DNA of 64,000 nt from Eledone cirrhosa. Its lineage: Eukaryota. Below are positions 1 through 12,477 of this stretch, in pieces; positions within the stretch are counted from its first letter, which is position 1, and each line of letters begins with the position of its first letter. The notes below the pieces were generated by a model that saw only the letters and a list, made by a program, of their open reading frames with translations, did no database searches and was not told the DNA's origin. The position numbers and the translations under genes were made by a program. The stretch is taken from positions 419,244,001 through 419,308,000 of the forward strand of contig OZ024740.1 in the NCBI GenBank assembly GCA_964016885.1, read 5' to 3'.

Positions 1-534
1 AATCTTTACTTGGTTTGGGAATGTTGACTCAGAATTGTTACCTCCATCAATTAAGAAGGTGGTTCAAACTGAGCTTTATAAAAAATGTACATAAAAATAA
101 ACCAATATAGAACCTAAAGTAAAATTTTACTCCTACATCTTTTTTACTGCTATTTTTTTAATCAAACTATTTCAGTAATTTATATGATTATTCTATGAAT
201 TATCTAATCAATAATTTTATCAAACATCTATTGGCATGTTTGAGGATATACAATATTCTTTAGTTGTTTTCTGTTTGGAACTAAACAGATTAAATTTCAG
301 AAAGAAATCAAACAATGTATAAAACTATTGATAGGAATTGAATGTTTTAATTCTTAAATTTTCAGTTTTATTTGCTGTCTTCAATAGTAACTTGGTTATC
401 TTGGGTGTGACATTTCTGTAGATGTTAACACAAGAACCAACAGTTATTTCAATAAAACTATATTAACAATGAATATCTGAAAGATGTTATTCAGTTATCT
501 ATTTTTAAAAAAAGATGGTAAAGAGTTGCCACAG

Positions 535-910
535 TCCCTTAGTTTAATGGTTTAACCCTTTAGCATTTGCATTACTCTATATGTACTATTGTATTTTCTC
601 AGTAAAGGCTTTACCTCATAATTATTTCACATAATATTGAATCTATGAGATTTTGATGTTATATATTTTGAGAAAAATACCTTAACATGAGTATGAGGGG
701 CCAGTTACAGCCAGTTTGAACAGAAAGAGGTGAGAGAATTCTGGCCGGTTTGAATGCTAAAGAATTAAAGCACCTAGCCGGTATCTGGGAGATATGGGGT
801 TCAATTCCTCATAGCAGCCAATGGCAACTTCTTTTTCCATCTTTTAAGGGTCTCCACCCTATTTTGTAGCATCTTTTCCCTTGAGCACATCATCCTTTAT
901 ATTAACTATG
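535..910 (+). mobile_element. tRNA-derived SINE remnant split by a TTAA MITE
   Basis: A-box-like TAGTTTAATGG (~540) before the MITE; AGCACC...GGTTCAATTCC B-box (~798) after it. Confidence 0.5.
552..768. mobile_element. piggyBac-like TTAA MITE
   Basis: TTAA-CCCTTTAGCATT...AATGCTAAAGAA-TTAA termini; related copies at ~11712-11910, 31605-31832 and ~45914-46118. Confidence 0.7.
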
Positions 911-989
911 TTAACAATATTCACATTATGAATTAACTTATAATTGAAATTAAAAAGAATTCTAATGAAATATTTTTACTTTGTTTCAG

Positions 990-1076
990 ACTGTAAATGA
1001 ATTTTTCCTTCCTCAAATGAGTGAGAACCAAGTGCTCAATATAATATCAAAGGCCCAAGAATTTGAACCGATTAAA
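990..1076 (+). CDS. ASCC3: ASCC3 internal exon (start of first Sec63 domain)
   Basis: ttgtttcAG|ACT...ATT AAA|GTaa, 87 nt; TVNEFFLPQMSENQVLNIISKAQEFEPIK resembles ASCC3 TFNE...SKAEEFDQIK; phase 0/0. Not in the ORF track. Confidence 0.85.
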
Positions 1077-1143
1077 GTAATTTTCTATCTTGCAAAATGA
1101 TTTCATAGATAAATTCTTTTTATGGTTATTATTTTATTACTGA

Positions 1144-1536
1144 CTAGCTGGTCCTGTGCCATCAAAAATGACGGCTAATTGTAATATTTATACATAATAT
1201 AAAAAAGAGATGTTTGTTTGTTGGTTCGTTCCTTCGTGCTCACTCACACAAGTGATACAAACACGACTGTGACGAATCTTAGAACGCTGGACTTCTATAG
1301 TTACTCACCCCACTCCTTCCTCAGTCATTACATAGATGTGTGTGTATGTAATAATAATTTTTTCTAAGTGTGTCTGTTATATATATGTATGTGTAGATCC
1401 ATGTGTTTGTAATTCTATTGCCTATGTCTAAAATCCGCCCCCCCCCCTCCTTCCTCAGTCGATGTCATCACCCCTTCCTTCCTCAGTCATCTCTACTGCA
1501 TTATGGACAAATACACAAGACTATTATATTAGTAGA
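1144..1536 (-). mobile_element. Non-autonomous Helitron
   Basis: Minus strand A|TCTACTAATATAATA ... GCCGTCA-TTTT-TGATGGC hairpin ~11 nt before CTAG|T; inserted at an AT site with no TSD. Confidence 0.7.
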
Positions 1537-1740
1537 TTGAGAATGGTGATGAAATGGCAGTATCAGTAGAGCTTCAGAAAATACTGAGACTATTTTGTCA
1601 ATAATTCTTACACATGGCTTTTGCCCTTTTTAAGCTGTGCATTTATTAATAAAACGGCATCCATTTTTTTTATCACATCATTTAAACTGCATTAAATGTA
1701 TTGTTTGGTTACACTACTTACATAATAGAGTATGTCTTAC

Positions 1741-1840
1741 ATTACTACTATTGCTGATACTACTTCTGGTGTTGTTGCTGCTGCTGCTGCTGCTACTACC
1801 ACTACAACCACTACAACAACCACCACCACCACCACCATCA
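1741..1840. repeat. Compound trinucleotide microsatellite
   Basis: (CTA)/(GTT)/(GCT)/(CCA) runs. Confidence 0.8.
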
Positions 1841-1885
1841 GAAACTATAAAATGTCTATTTTGCACCTTCCAGAGTCACTTTTAG

Positions 1886-4800
1886 GTATTGTATTATGGT
1901 ATAAGACAGAATTGTATTATGGTATAAGACAGAATTGTATTATGGTATAAGACAGAATTGTATTATGGTATAAGACAGAATTGTATTATGGTATAAGACA
2001 GAATTGTATTATGGTATAAGACAGTATTGTATTATGGTATAAGACAGAATTGCATTATGGTATAAGACAGAATTGTATTATGGTATAAGACAGTATTGTA
2101 TTATGGTATAATACAGAATTGTATTATGGTATAAGACAGTATTGTATTATGGTATAAGACAGAATTGTATTATGGTATAAGACAGTATTGTATTATGGTA
2201 TAAGACAGTATTGTATTATGGTATAAGACAGTATTGTATTATGGTATAAGACAGAATTGTATTATGGTATAAGACAGAATTGTATTATGGTATAAGACAG
2301 AATTGTATTATGGTATAAGACAGAATTGTATTATGGTATAAGACAGTATTGTATTATGGTATAAGACAGTATTGTATTATGGTATAAGACAGTATTGTAT
2401 TATGGTATAAGACAGTATTGTATTATGGTATAAGACAGTATTGTATTATGGTATAAGACAGTATTGTATTATGGTATAAGACAGAATTGTATTATGGTAT
2501 AAGACAGAATTGTATTATGGTATAAGACAGAATTGTATTATGGTATAAGACAGTATTGTATTATGGTATAAGACAGAATTGTATTATGGTATAAGACAGT
2601 ATTGTATTATGGTATAATACAGAATTGTATTATGGTATAAGACAGAATTGTATTATGGTATAAGACAGAATTGTATTATGGTATAAGACAGTATTGTATT
2701 ATGGTATAAGACAGTATTGTATTATGGTATAAGACAGAATTGTATTATGGTATAAGACAGAATTGTATTATGGTATAAGACAGAATTGTATTATGGTATA
2801 AGACAGAATTGTATTATGGTATAAGACAGAATTGTATTATGGTATAAGACAGTATTGTATTATGGTATAAGACAGTATTGTATTATGGTATAAGACAGTA
2901 TTGTATTATGGTATAAGACAGAATTGTATTATGGTATAAGACAGAATTGTATTATGGTATAAGACAGAATTGTATTATGGTATAAGACAGAATTGTATTA
3001 TGGTATAAGACAGAATTGTATTATGGTATAAGACAGAATTGTATTATGGTATAAGACAGTATTGTATTATGGTATAAGACAGTATTGTATTATGGTATAA
3101 GACAGAATTGTATTATGGTATAAGACAGTATTGTATTATGGTATAAGACAGAATTGTATTATGGTATAAGACAGTATTGTATTATGGTATGAGACAGAAT
3201 TGTATTATGGTATAAGACAGTATTGTATTATGGTATAAGACAGAATTGTATTATGGTATAAGACAGAATTGTATTATGGTATAAGACAGAATTGTATTAT
3301 GGTATAAGACAGAATTGTATTATGGTATAAGACAGTATTGTATTATGGTATAAGACAGAATTGTATTATGGTATAAGACAGTATTGTATTATGGTATAAG
3401 ATAGAATTATATTATGGTATAAGACAGAATTGTATTATGGTATAAGACAGTATTGTATTATGGTATAAGACAGAATTGTATTATGGTATAATACAGAATT
3501 GTATTATGGTATAAGACAGTATTGTATTATGGTATAAGACACAATTGTATTATGGTATAAGACAGTATTGTATTATGGTATAAGACAGAATTGTATTATG
3601 GTATAAGACAGAATTGTATTATGGTATAAGACAGAATTGTATTATGGTATAAGACAGTATTGTATTATGGTATAAGACAGAATTGTATTATGGTATAAGA
3701 CAGTATTGTATTATGGTATAAGACAGAATTATATTATGGTATAAGACAGAATTGTATTATGGTATAAGACAGTATTGTATTATGGTATAAGACAGAATTG
3801 TATTATGGTATAATACAGAATTGTATTATGGTATAAGACAGTATTGTATTATGGTATAAGACAGAATTGTATTATGGTATAAGACAGTATTGTATTATGG
3901 TATAAGACAGAATTGTATTATGGTATAAGACAGAATTGTATTATGGTATAAGACAGTATTGTATTATGGTATAAGACAGTATTGTATTATGGTATAAGAC
4001 AGAATTGTATTATGGTATAAGACAGAATTGTATTATGGTATAAGACAGAATTGTATTATGGTATAAGACAGAATTGTATTATGGTATAAGACAGAATTGT
4101 ATTATGGTATAAGACAGAATTGTATTATGGTATAAGACAGAATTGTATTATGGTATAAGACAGTATTGTATTATGGTATAAGACAGTATTGTATTATGGT
4201 ATAAGACAGAATTGTATTATGGTATAAGACAGAATTGTATTATGGTATAAGACAGAATTGTATTATGGTATAAGACAGTATTGTATTATGGTATAAGACA
4301 GAATTGTATTATGGTATAAGACAGTATTGTATTATGGTATAAGACAGAATTGTATTATGGTATAAGACAGTATTGTATTATGGTATAAGACAGTATTGTA
4401 TTATGGTATAAGACAGAATTGTATTATGGTATAAGACAGAATTGTATTATGGTATAAGACAGAATTGTATTATGGTATAAGACAGTATTGTATTATGGTA
4501 TAAGACAATATTGTATTATGGTATAAGACAGTATTGTATTATGGTATAAGACAGAATTGTATTATGGTATAATACAGAATTGTATTATGGTATAAGACAG
4601 TATTGTATTATGGTATAAGACACAATTGTATTATGGTATAAGACAGTATTGTATTATGGTATAAGACAGAATTGTATTATGGTATAAGACAGAATTGTAT
4701 TATGGTATAAGACAGTATTGTATTATGGTATAAGACAGAATTGTATTATGGTATAAGACAGTATTGTATTATGGTATAAGACAGTATTGTATTATGGTAT

Positions 4801-6214
4801 AAGACAGAATTGTATTATGGTATAAGACAGTATTGTATTATGGTATAAGACAGTATTGTATTATGGTATAAGACAGTATTGTATTATGGTATAAGACAGT
4901 ATTGTATTATGGTATAAGACAGAATTGTATTATGGTATAAGACAGTATTGTATTATGGTATAAGACAGAATTGTATTATGGTATAAGACAGAATTGTATT
5001 ATGGTATAAGACAGAATTGTATTATGGTATAAGACAGAATTGTATTATGGTATAAGACAGAATTGTATTATGGTATAAGACAGAATTGTATTATGGTATA
5101 AGACAGAATTGTATTATGGTATAAGACAGAATTGTGTTATGGTATGAGACAGAATTGTATTATGGTATGAGACAGAATTGTATTATGGTATAAGACAGAA
5201 TTGTATTATGGTATAAGACAGTATTGTATTATGGTATGAGACAGAATTGTATTATGGTATGAGACAGAATTGCATTATGGTATGAGACAGAATTGCATTA
5301 TGGTATGAGACAGAATTGCATTATGGTATGAGACAGAATTGCATTATGGTATGAGACAGAATTGCATTATGGTATAAGACAGAATTGTATTATGGTATAA
5401 GACAGAATTGTATTATGGTATAAGACAGAATTGTATTATGGTATAAGACAGAATTGTATTATGGTATAAGACAGTATTGTATTATGGTATAAGACAGAAT
5501 TGTATTATGGTATAAGACAGTATTGTATTATGGTATAAGACAGAATTGTATTATGGTATAAGACAGAATTGTATTATGGTATAAGACAGAATTGTAATAT
5601 GGTATAAGACAGAATTGTATTATGGTATAAGAGAGAATTGTATTATGGTATAAGAGAGAATTGTATTATGGTATAAGACTGAATTGTATTATGGTATAAG
5701 ACTGAATTGTATTATGGTATAAGACAGAATTGTATTATGGTATAAGACAGAATTGTATTATGGTATAAGACAGAATTGTATTATGGTATAAGACAGAATT
5801 GTATTATGGTATAAGACAGAATTGTATTATGGTATAAGACAGAATTGTATTATGGTATAAGACAGAATTGTATTATGGTATAAGACAGAATTGTATTATG
5901 GTATAAGACAGAATTGTATTATGGTATAAGACAGTATTGTATTATGGTATAAGACAGTATTGTATTATGGTATAAGACAGTATTGTATTATGGTATAAGA
6001 CAGAATTGTATTATGGTATAAGACAGAATTGTATTATGGTATAAGACAGAATTGTATTATGGTATAAGACAGTATTGTATTATGGTATAAGACAGAATTG
6101 TATTATGGTATAAGACAGTATTGTATTATGGTATAAGACAGTATTGTATTATGGTATAAGACAGTATTGTATTATGGTATAAGACAGTATTGTATCATGG
6201 TATAAGACAGAATT
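1886..6214. repeat. 23-bp tandem satellite, ~188 copies
   Basis: Unit GGTATAAGACAG(AA/TA)TTGTATTAT. Confidence 0.97.
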
Positions 6215-6674
6215 TATTTGAAAAGATATTATTGATGAATACATATTTAAGATTTTAAATTCTTCACATATTTCATAACACCATGTATATGGTATATGTA
6301 CTTTTCAACTTACTGCATGTAACCACATTAGCAAGACATTTTTGAAAAATATAAAACAGCACTTATGACTGCATAACATTAAAAAGTTGACTGACAATCT
6401 TTATTATGATCTGTCCACCAGTGAAGATACTACAAATATTTGAATTAAATCTGTTAATAGATATATGTTGCTTAATCATATTACAAAATGTTAAAAGTTA
6501 CTCTATATATTTATACTTTCATCATCACCTGCCAGATTACAAAATGACATCTAAAAGAGTCCTTTCCTTTTCCATTTTTTATATTTTCTTATTTTACATT
6601 CCATTCTTTCTTCTCAATCTAAAAATATTTTTTTTCTTTTTGTATTTAATTATTTTTATTATTATAAACATCAA

Positions 6675-7160
6675 CAAGGGCGGTGGATTGGCAGTATCGG
6701 TAGAGGGTCGGACGCCATGCTAGGGTGGTAGATTGGCAGTATCGGTAGAGGGTCGGACGCCATGCTAGGGCGGTGGATTGGCAGTATCGGTAGAGGGTCG
6801 GACGCCATTCTAGGGCGGTGGATTGGCAGTATCGGTAGAGGGTCGGACGCCATGCTAGGGCGGTGGATTGGCAGTATCGGTAGAGGGTCGGACGCCATGC
6901 TAGGGCGGTGGATTGGCAGTATCGGTAGAGGGTCGGACGCCATGCTAGGGCAGTGGATTGGCAGTATCGGTAGAGGGTCGGACGCCATTCTTTACAGCAT
7001 AGTTATGACCCTTTATGTTCTGAGTTCAAATCCCACCGAGGTTAACTTTGCCTTTTATCCTTACGAGGTTGATAAAATAAAGTACCAGTAATGTACAGGG
7101 GTTGATTAATCGACTTTTACCTCTCCCCAAATTTCTGGCCTTGTGCCTAAAGTAGAAACA
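6675..7160 (+). mobile_element. tRNA-derived SINE (family A) with a 7x tandem 45-bp head
   Basis: Unit GGGCGGTGGATTGGCAGTATCGGTAGAGGGTCGGACGCCATGCTA; B-box GAGTTCAAATCCC at 7022; TSD ATTATTATAAACATCAA at 6658-6674 and 7161-7177. Confidence 0.85.
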
Positions 7161-7301
7161 ATTATTATAAACATCAATTTATTACTGTTAATTAAATAAA
7201 TAAAAATTTGAAAAAGATAACAGTATTATCAAATGATAATTAAAACATGTTTCTAAGTAATGAGGCTGGATAAATTTGTTTCATTTTTCTGTTGATCTTA
7301 G

Positions 7302-7478
7302 GTTCGTAAAGAGGAATTGGAAGAACTTGAAAGACTTCATGTTGAAGACTGTGTAATGCCCGTTGCCTTAGGACTGGAAAATTCTCCCGGCAAAGTTAAC
7401 ATCCTTATTCAGTCCTATGTGTCTCGTGTGAGCCTGGAAAACTTCTCATTAGTTTCTGATCAAGCATTTGTGGCTCAG
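7302..7478 (+). CDS. ASCC3: ASCC3 internal exon (Sec63)
   Basis: tAG|GTT...CAG|GTaagg, 177 nt; VRKEELEELERL...GKVNILIQSYVSR...FSLVSDQAFVAQ. Confidence 0.93.
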
Positions 7479-7611
7479 GTAAGGAGTTATTGTGCTTCTA
7501 CATTTTTTCCAGAAATTAGATAGTTGTTCCATTTAATAATATATAGTTTTGGGGATATTTTAATATTTTTTATATTTCTTTCACAAATATTTTGTATTGA
7601 AAACTTACACA

Positions 7612-7812
7612 CACTCTCTCTTCCCATCTCTCTCTCTCTTCCCATCTCTCTCTCTCTTCCCATCTCTCTCTCTCTTCCCATCTCTCTCTCTCTTCCCATC
7701 TCTCTCACTCTTCCCATCTCTCTCACTCTTCCCATCTCTCTCACTCTTCCCATCTCTCTCACTCTTCCCATCTCTCTCTCTCTTCCCATCTCTCTCACTC
7801 TCCCCATCTCAC
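7612..7812. repeat. 18-bp pyrimidine-rich minisatellite
   Basis: (CTCTTCCCATCTCTCTCT/CA)n. Confidence 0.9.
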
Positions 7813-7948
7813 CATTTCTTACCCCATCTCTCTCATCTCATCTCTCTCTCCCTGACCCCACCACACACACATGTACCCATATATACACTATTATATTTGG
7901 TAACCTTGATAATAGCCTCTGTTTTCTCTTCTTAAACATCCATTTCAG

Positions 7949-8177
7949 AACGCTGCCCGTATAGTCCGTGCATTATTCCAAATTGCTTTGCGGAAGGGTT
8001 GGCCCATTATGGCTAATCGTTTACTTAACCTTTGTAAGACAATTGATAAGCGCCAGTGGCAATTTGAGAATCCTCTTAGGCAATTCCAAAATGTTTTGCC
8101 ATTTGAAGTTCTTAACAAGATTGAGAAAGCAAACTTAAGTCTTGAGAAAATGAGAGAAATGAGTTCAAAAGAAATTG
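7949..8177 (+). CDS. ASCC3: ASCC3 internal exon (Sec63)
   Basis: cAG|AAC...ATT G|GTgag, 229 nt; NAARIVRALFQIALRKGWP...PLRQF...KEIG; ends phase 1. Confidence 0.93.
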
Positions 8178-8202
8178 GTGAGTTTTGTTGATTTTACTTC
8201 AT

Positions 8203-8452
8203 TCTTCTTCTTCACCCACTTATTCCTGAGAGGGGGGTGGGGACAGACCTCAAACACTCCTTCCAGCAGGTCCTGTCAGAACCAACTATCTCTAACTGAT
8301 CCGGCTAGATCCCCAAGCAAGACTATCTGTGCTCATGGATGTTATCCAACCATCTTACTCAGTGTGGGTCTACCTCTGGGTCTCCTGCCGGTTGGTTTTG
8401 CCTGTAAAATCTGTCCAGTGATTCTTTCCTGAGACATTTTAGTCACATACCT
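8203..8452 (-). mobile_element. 3' fragment of a Rex3/Expander-like RTE with (GAA)n tail
   Basis: Homologous to 46770-47091 and 52055-52355 (cttcacccacttattcctgagaggg...). Confidence 0.55.
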
Positions 8453-8697
8453 GAGAGGATAGTGAGGAAGATGTTCTAAAACAGCCGGTGTAACTTGTGG
8501 GGTTCATTCTTGTGGCTAGCCATCTCTGTCACAATTGTAGTAAGTAGAGAGGTGGTTCGGGCACCCGGGATGCCAGATGTTTCTACCCCTATGTAGTGGT
8601 CAAGTCTTTGACAGCTTGCAGCATTATAATTTTGATAGGGTTTGGCCTGTATTGGCCCAGGCCATGTCTAATTTTATAGCACCACCTGGCAAATGAT

Positions 8698-8946
8698 ATA
8701 TCATCATCATCATCAATGTTTAACATTTTTTCCACATTAACATGGGTTAGACGAGTTGTCCAGATGTGAGCCAAGCCAGAGCAGATGACCGTCTCCAGCT
8801 CAAACTGGACTGATTTAGGCTTGGTTTCCACAGCTGGATGCCATCTGACACCAACCACATTTACAGTGTGGACTGGGTGCTTTTTATCGTGATACCTACA
8901 TGACTACTTTACAGTGTCAACTGGGTGCTTTTATCATGGCACCAGA
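8698..8946 (-). mobile_element. Bipartite RTE-derived short element (5' UTR module plus 3' tail)
   Basis: (CAT)n tail, catgggttagacg, ggatgcc...acaccaaccac, gggtgcttttt module; similar copies at ~9927-10190, 14248-14460, 18840-19030(+), 32318-32635, 32815-32990(+), 37212-37370 and 45560-45760(+). Confidence 0.7.
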
Positions 8947-9074
8947 AATGATATGATAGATCATTTGGAATGGCATGGTAAATCAGGATAATTTAAAAAA
9001 AATTTCTTTTTTTTTTTGTATTAAGTTTCAAAAATACTTACTTGAGGTTTCTCTAAATATGATTTCATTTGTAG

Positions 9075-9229
9075 GTCTCATGGTGCACCATATTAAAATG
9101 GGAAGCAATGTTAAAAGATGTGTCCATCAAATACCGTATCTTGAGTTAGATGCTTCAATACAACCAATCACACGGACTGTACTCCGAGTCAGGTTAAATA
9201 TCAAGCCAGATTTCCACTGGGATGATAAG
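9075..9229 (+). CDS. ASCC3: ASCC3 internal exon (Sec63)
   Basis: tAG|GT CTC...AAG|GTaa, 155 nt; LMVHHIKMGSNVKRCVHQIP...IQPITRTVLRVRL...DFHWDDK. Confidence 0.93.
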
Positions 9230-10209
9230 GTAATCCAATGTTACATATACAACCAAATAATTCTTATATTATTTAATATCTTCTTTCCTTAATTATTGTA
9301 AATGTAAAATTATTTCATGTATTATAATGGTTTTGAAATATGTTTTGTCTATAGTGTTATTACAGTGTACATACATGTATGTCTGTGTTGCTGGCATGAT
9401 AGAAAATGGATGATAAATGATGATATATAGTAAAAAGACCCAGTACCCTTTGGAACGTGGTTGACATAAGGAAGGGCACCCAGCCATAGAAACCATATCA
9501 AAATATGAAATGTACGAACAAGATTTGATTCTTCAACTCGTCCAATGCATGCCAGCATTCTGATGATGATGATATACAGACTCAAACACTCTCTCTCACA
9601 CACACACACAAATATATATATTTGTGTATATACAGACACATCCTATGTCCAACACTGGCCAGTGGAGAAACGGACATTAAAACACCGATAATATCATCAT
9701 CATTGTTTTACATCTATTTTCTAGGATCGCATAAGTTAGATGGATTGTCATGTTCTGAGGTTCGACATTTTGCTCATATGTTCCATTTTGGCATAATTTC
9801 TTCAGTTGGGTACCCTTTCTAATGCCAAACATTTCATAGTCTACTGGATTTGTATTCTTGTGGCACCTCCATTACCACCTGTCAGGGATGACTGACATAC
9901 ACACACACACATTTATGCATATATATCATCATCATCATCATCGTTTAACGTCTATCTTTCATGCTAGCATGGGTTAGACGGGAATTGTCCCACTTGAGGC
10001 AAGATTGATTGGGTGACCATGTCTCACTCGTATAGGACTATCAGGCAGGTTTTCTATGGCTGGATGCCCTTCCTAACACCAACCACATTTACAGTGTGGA
10101 CTGGGAGCCTTTTTACCGTGTTTCCTGCACGACCACATTACAGCGTGGACTGTGTGTTTTTATTTTTGTCGTGACACCTACACGACCTCTATGTGTATAT
10201 ATATGTATA

Positions 10210-11049
10210 TATTAATAAAAGATTGGAAGCCATATTCAGTTAATTCAGGTTTATTTAAAACTCCATTATACATATTCCATTGAGGACTATCAATTATGAT
10301 AGCCTGAACTCTTCAGATGGCAAAACCTAAAATAAACATTGAAAGTTTCTAAGAAATCTTTAAAATTTTAGAAAAATCTAATAATTTTCCAGAAAAAAGA
10401 TTTTCTTTTCATGATGCAGGGGGCCTAAGGAACGTGTGGTGTTGTTTCTTTGACGGCTGGCTCCTGCATAACCTCAAGAGTTTTGGCAGAAGTGCTGGTC
10501 AGTTTAGGAAGTAACCAAAACGGTTGGTAGCCCTTCTCCCTCCCCTCCCTATCATCTATTGTAGTAGTCTCAGTGGTTGCTATAATAGTAGTAACAACTC
10601 CTCCCTATCATCTATTGTAGTAGTCTCAGTGGTTGCTATAATAGTAGTAACAACTCCTCCCAGCCCGTTATAGTCCACAGGTCTGCAACAACTGAATATT
10701 ATAACCAATACCAAAATTAACTATATAAGAAATAGATTAAAATACAATAAATAAACTAATTAATTAATTAAAAACAAGGTTATATTAATTAATTAAAAAC
10801 AAGGTTATATTAAAGCGGATATATATGTGGGAAAGAGATGATTATAATTATAAAGAAAAAATTTTATAGTGAAGAAAATTAAAGGGTGAAGAAATAGCTG
10901 CCTGTAGGCCTAGGCTACAGACCAGCGTGTATAGCATAGATGTTGTATAGTTATAGTTAAATTATAAGCGCTTCTTTTTATCTGCTTCACAACTGACAGA
11001 TCATGTTGTGATCTGCACATCCCTGTTCTGTTAACCCCTTACTCTAATA
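10210..11049 (-). mobile_element. Possible degenerate solo LTR
   Basis: ~840 bp block between TA runs; minus-strand ends TATTAGAG...TTATTAATA (close to TGTTAG...TAACA); AATAAA near the 3' end; internal ~57-bp tandem duplication at ~10545-10660. Confidence 0.3.
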
Positions 11050-11064
11050 TATATATATATATAT

Positions 11065-11446
11065 GGAGGCACATGGCTTAGTGGTTAGAGCCTTGGCCTT
11101 GCAATCGAAAGGTTGAGTTCAATTCTCAGACCGGGTGATGTGTTGTTTCCTTGAGTAAGACACTTTATTTCACATTGCTCCAGTTTACTCAGCTGTAGAA
11201 ATGAGATGATAGGGACTGGGGTCCCTATCATTGCACTGCAAAGTGGATGTGTAGGTGCCACGGCAAAAAAGCACCCAGCCCACACTGTAAAGTGGTCGTG
11301 GAGGTGCCACGGCAAAAAAGCACCCAGCACTCACTGTAAATGAGGTTGGTGTTAGGAAGGGCATCCAGCTGTAGAAATCAAGCCAGAATCAGTTCCCGTC
11401 CCACCCTTGCAAGCAGGGAAAAGCGGACGTAAAATGATCATGATGA
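11065..11446 (+). mobile_element. tRNA/CORE-like SINE (family B) with RTE-derived 3' half
   Basis: A-box TGGCTTAGTGG, B-box GAGTTCAATTC, CORE-like TTTCCTTGAGTAAGACACTT, RTE module x2, tail matching the RTE end at 19536-19592. Confidence 0.85.
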
Positions 11447-12089
11447 TATACACATTCTTAGCCTAAAGCCAGCTTTATGGTATTGCAGCCATTCAACATA
11501 TATTAGATCATGCATATTATTAAGAACAAAATTAAAGAACTTGATATATATAGTTAAATATTCAGTCAAAACATGGGCTCATAGATAGAAAAACAACAAC
11601 TCAACTACTGTTCATTAATAGATTCAAATATACCCTATATTGCCTGGAATACTCTGTCATTTACTAAGTTGTTAACCCACAAAAAAACGTAATGTAAACC
11701 AAAATTTCTCTTTAACCTGGCCGTAGCCAGCCAAAATTCTCTCACCTCTTTCTGTTCAAACCAACTGTAAATGGCTGCTCATACTAATGTTAAGGTATTA
11801 TTTTCAAAATAAATAATATCAAAATCTCATAGATTCAATATTATGTGAGGTCGTGTTTACCACAAAAATACAATAGTAAATATAGTGTAATGTAAATGCT
11901 AAAGGATTAAATTGAGAAATTAATTTCTTGAAGTTATCTCCCCTTTGAGAGCCATTAACAATAATTGTATACAGTATTCATTACATAACATGTAGGTTTG
12001 AGTACATTGTACTGAACTGAGGGGTTCAATTTGGCCAAAACATATGTCACAGTTGTCCATTTTCTTCAAAGAGCATAGTGTCCTTTTCC

Positions 12090-12285
12090 TAAGAATATAA
12101 GGAGACTGCGTTGGTATAGACGTGATGTGCATGGATGATGATTTCTGGGTGAAGAAATCCCAAGTAATCTCAGTGGAAGGAAGCCACAGTAAAGGAAAAC
12201 CAAGGAAGACCTGGGCAGAAGTGGTGATAGCTATTCTCAGATTTCTAAAGCTCAGAGAGATGACAAAGGAACACAACAAACGTGG
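12090..12285 (+). mobile_element. RTE LINE 3' fragment
   Basis: Encodes RLRWY..VMCMDDDFWVKKSQ...GKPRKTWAEVV. Confidence 0.7.
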
Positions 12286-12299
12286 AACAACGAATGTAA

Positions 12300-12460
12300 A
12301 ATAATTGTTTCTACTTTTGGCACAAGGCCAGCAATAACCCAGTGCATTACTGGTACTTTATTTTATCGACCCCGTAAGGATGAAAGGCTTTGAACTCAGA
12401 CCGTAAAGGGACGTAACTATGCTGGAAAGCATGGCGTCCGACTCTACCGATACTGCCAAA
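12300..12460 (-). mobile_element. SINE family A copy
   Basis: tactggtactttattttatcgaccccgtaaggatgaaaggc; other copies at ~14915-15090, 15096-15232, 18444-18550, 25798-25982, 36779-36990(+) and 37621-37672. Confidence 0.8.
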
Positions 12461-12477
12461 TAATGATGATAAATTCT

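Noticed and set aside
10228-10322. Minus-strand GCCAT-CTGAAGA-GTTCAGG...CCTGAAT...ATGGC hammerhead-like layout
   Set aside because: The GAAA core and stem III are missing.
11065-11140. tRNA gene candidates (also ~540-810, 27553, 52886)
   Set aside because: A and B boxes continue into SINE bodies, and there is no closed cloverleaf.
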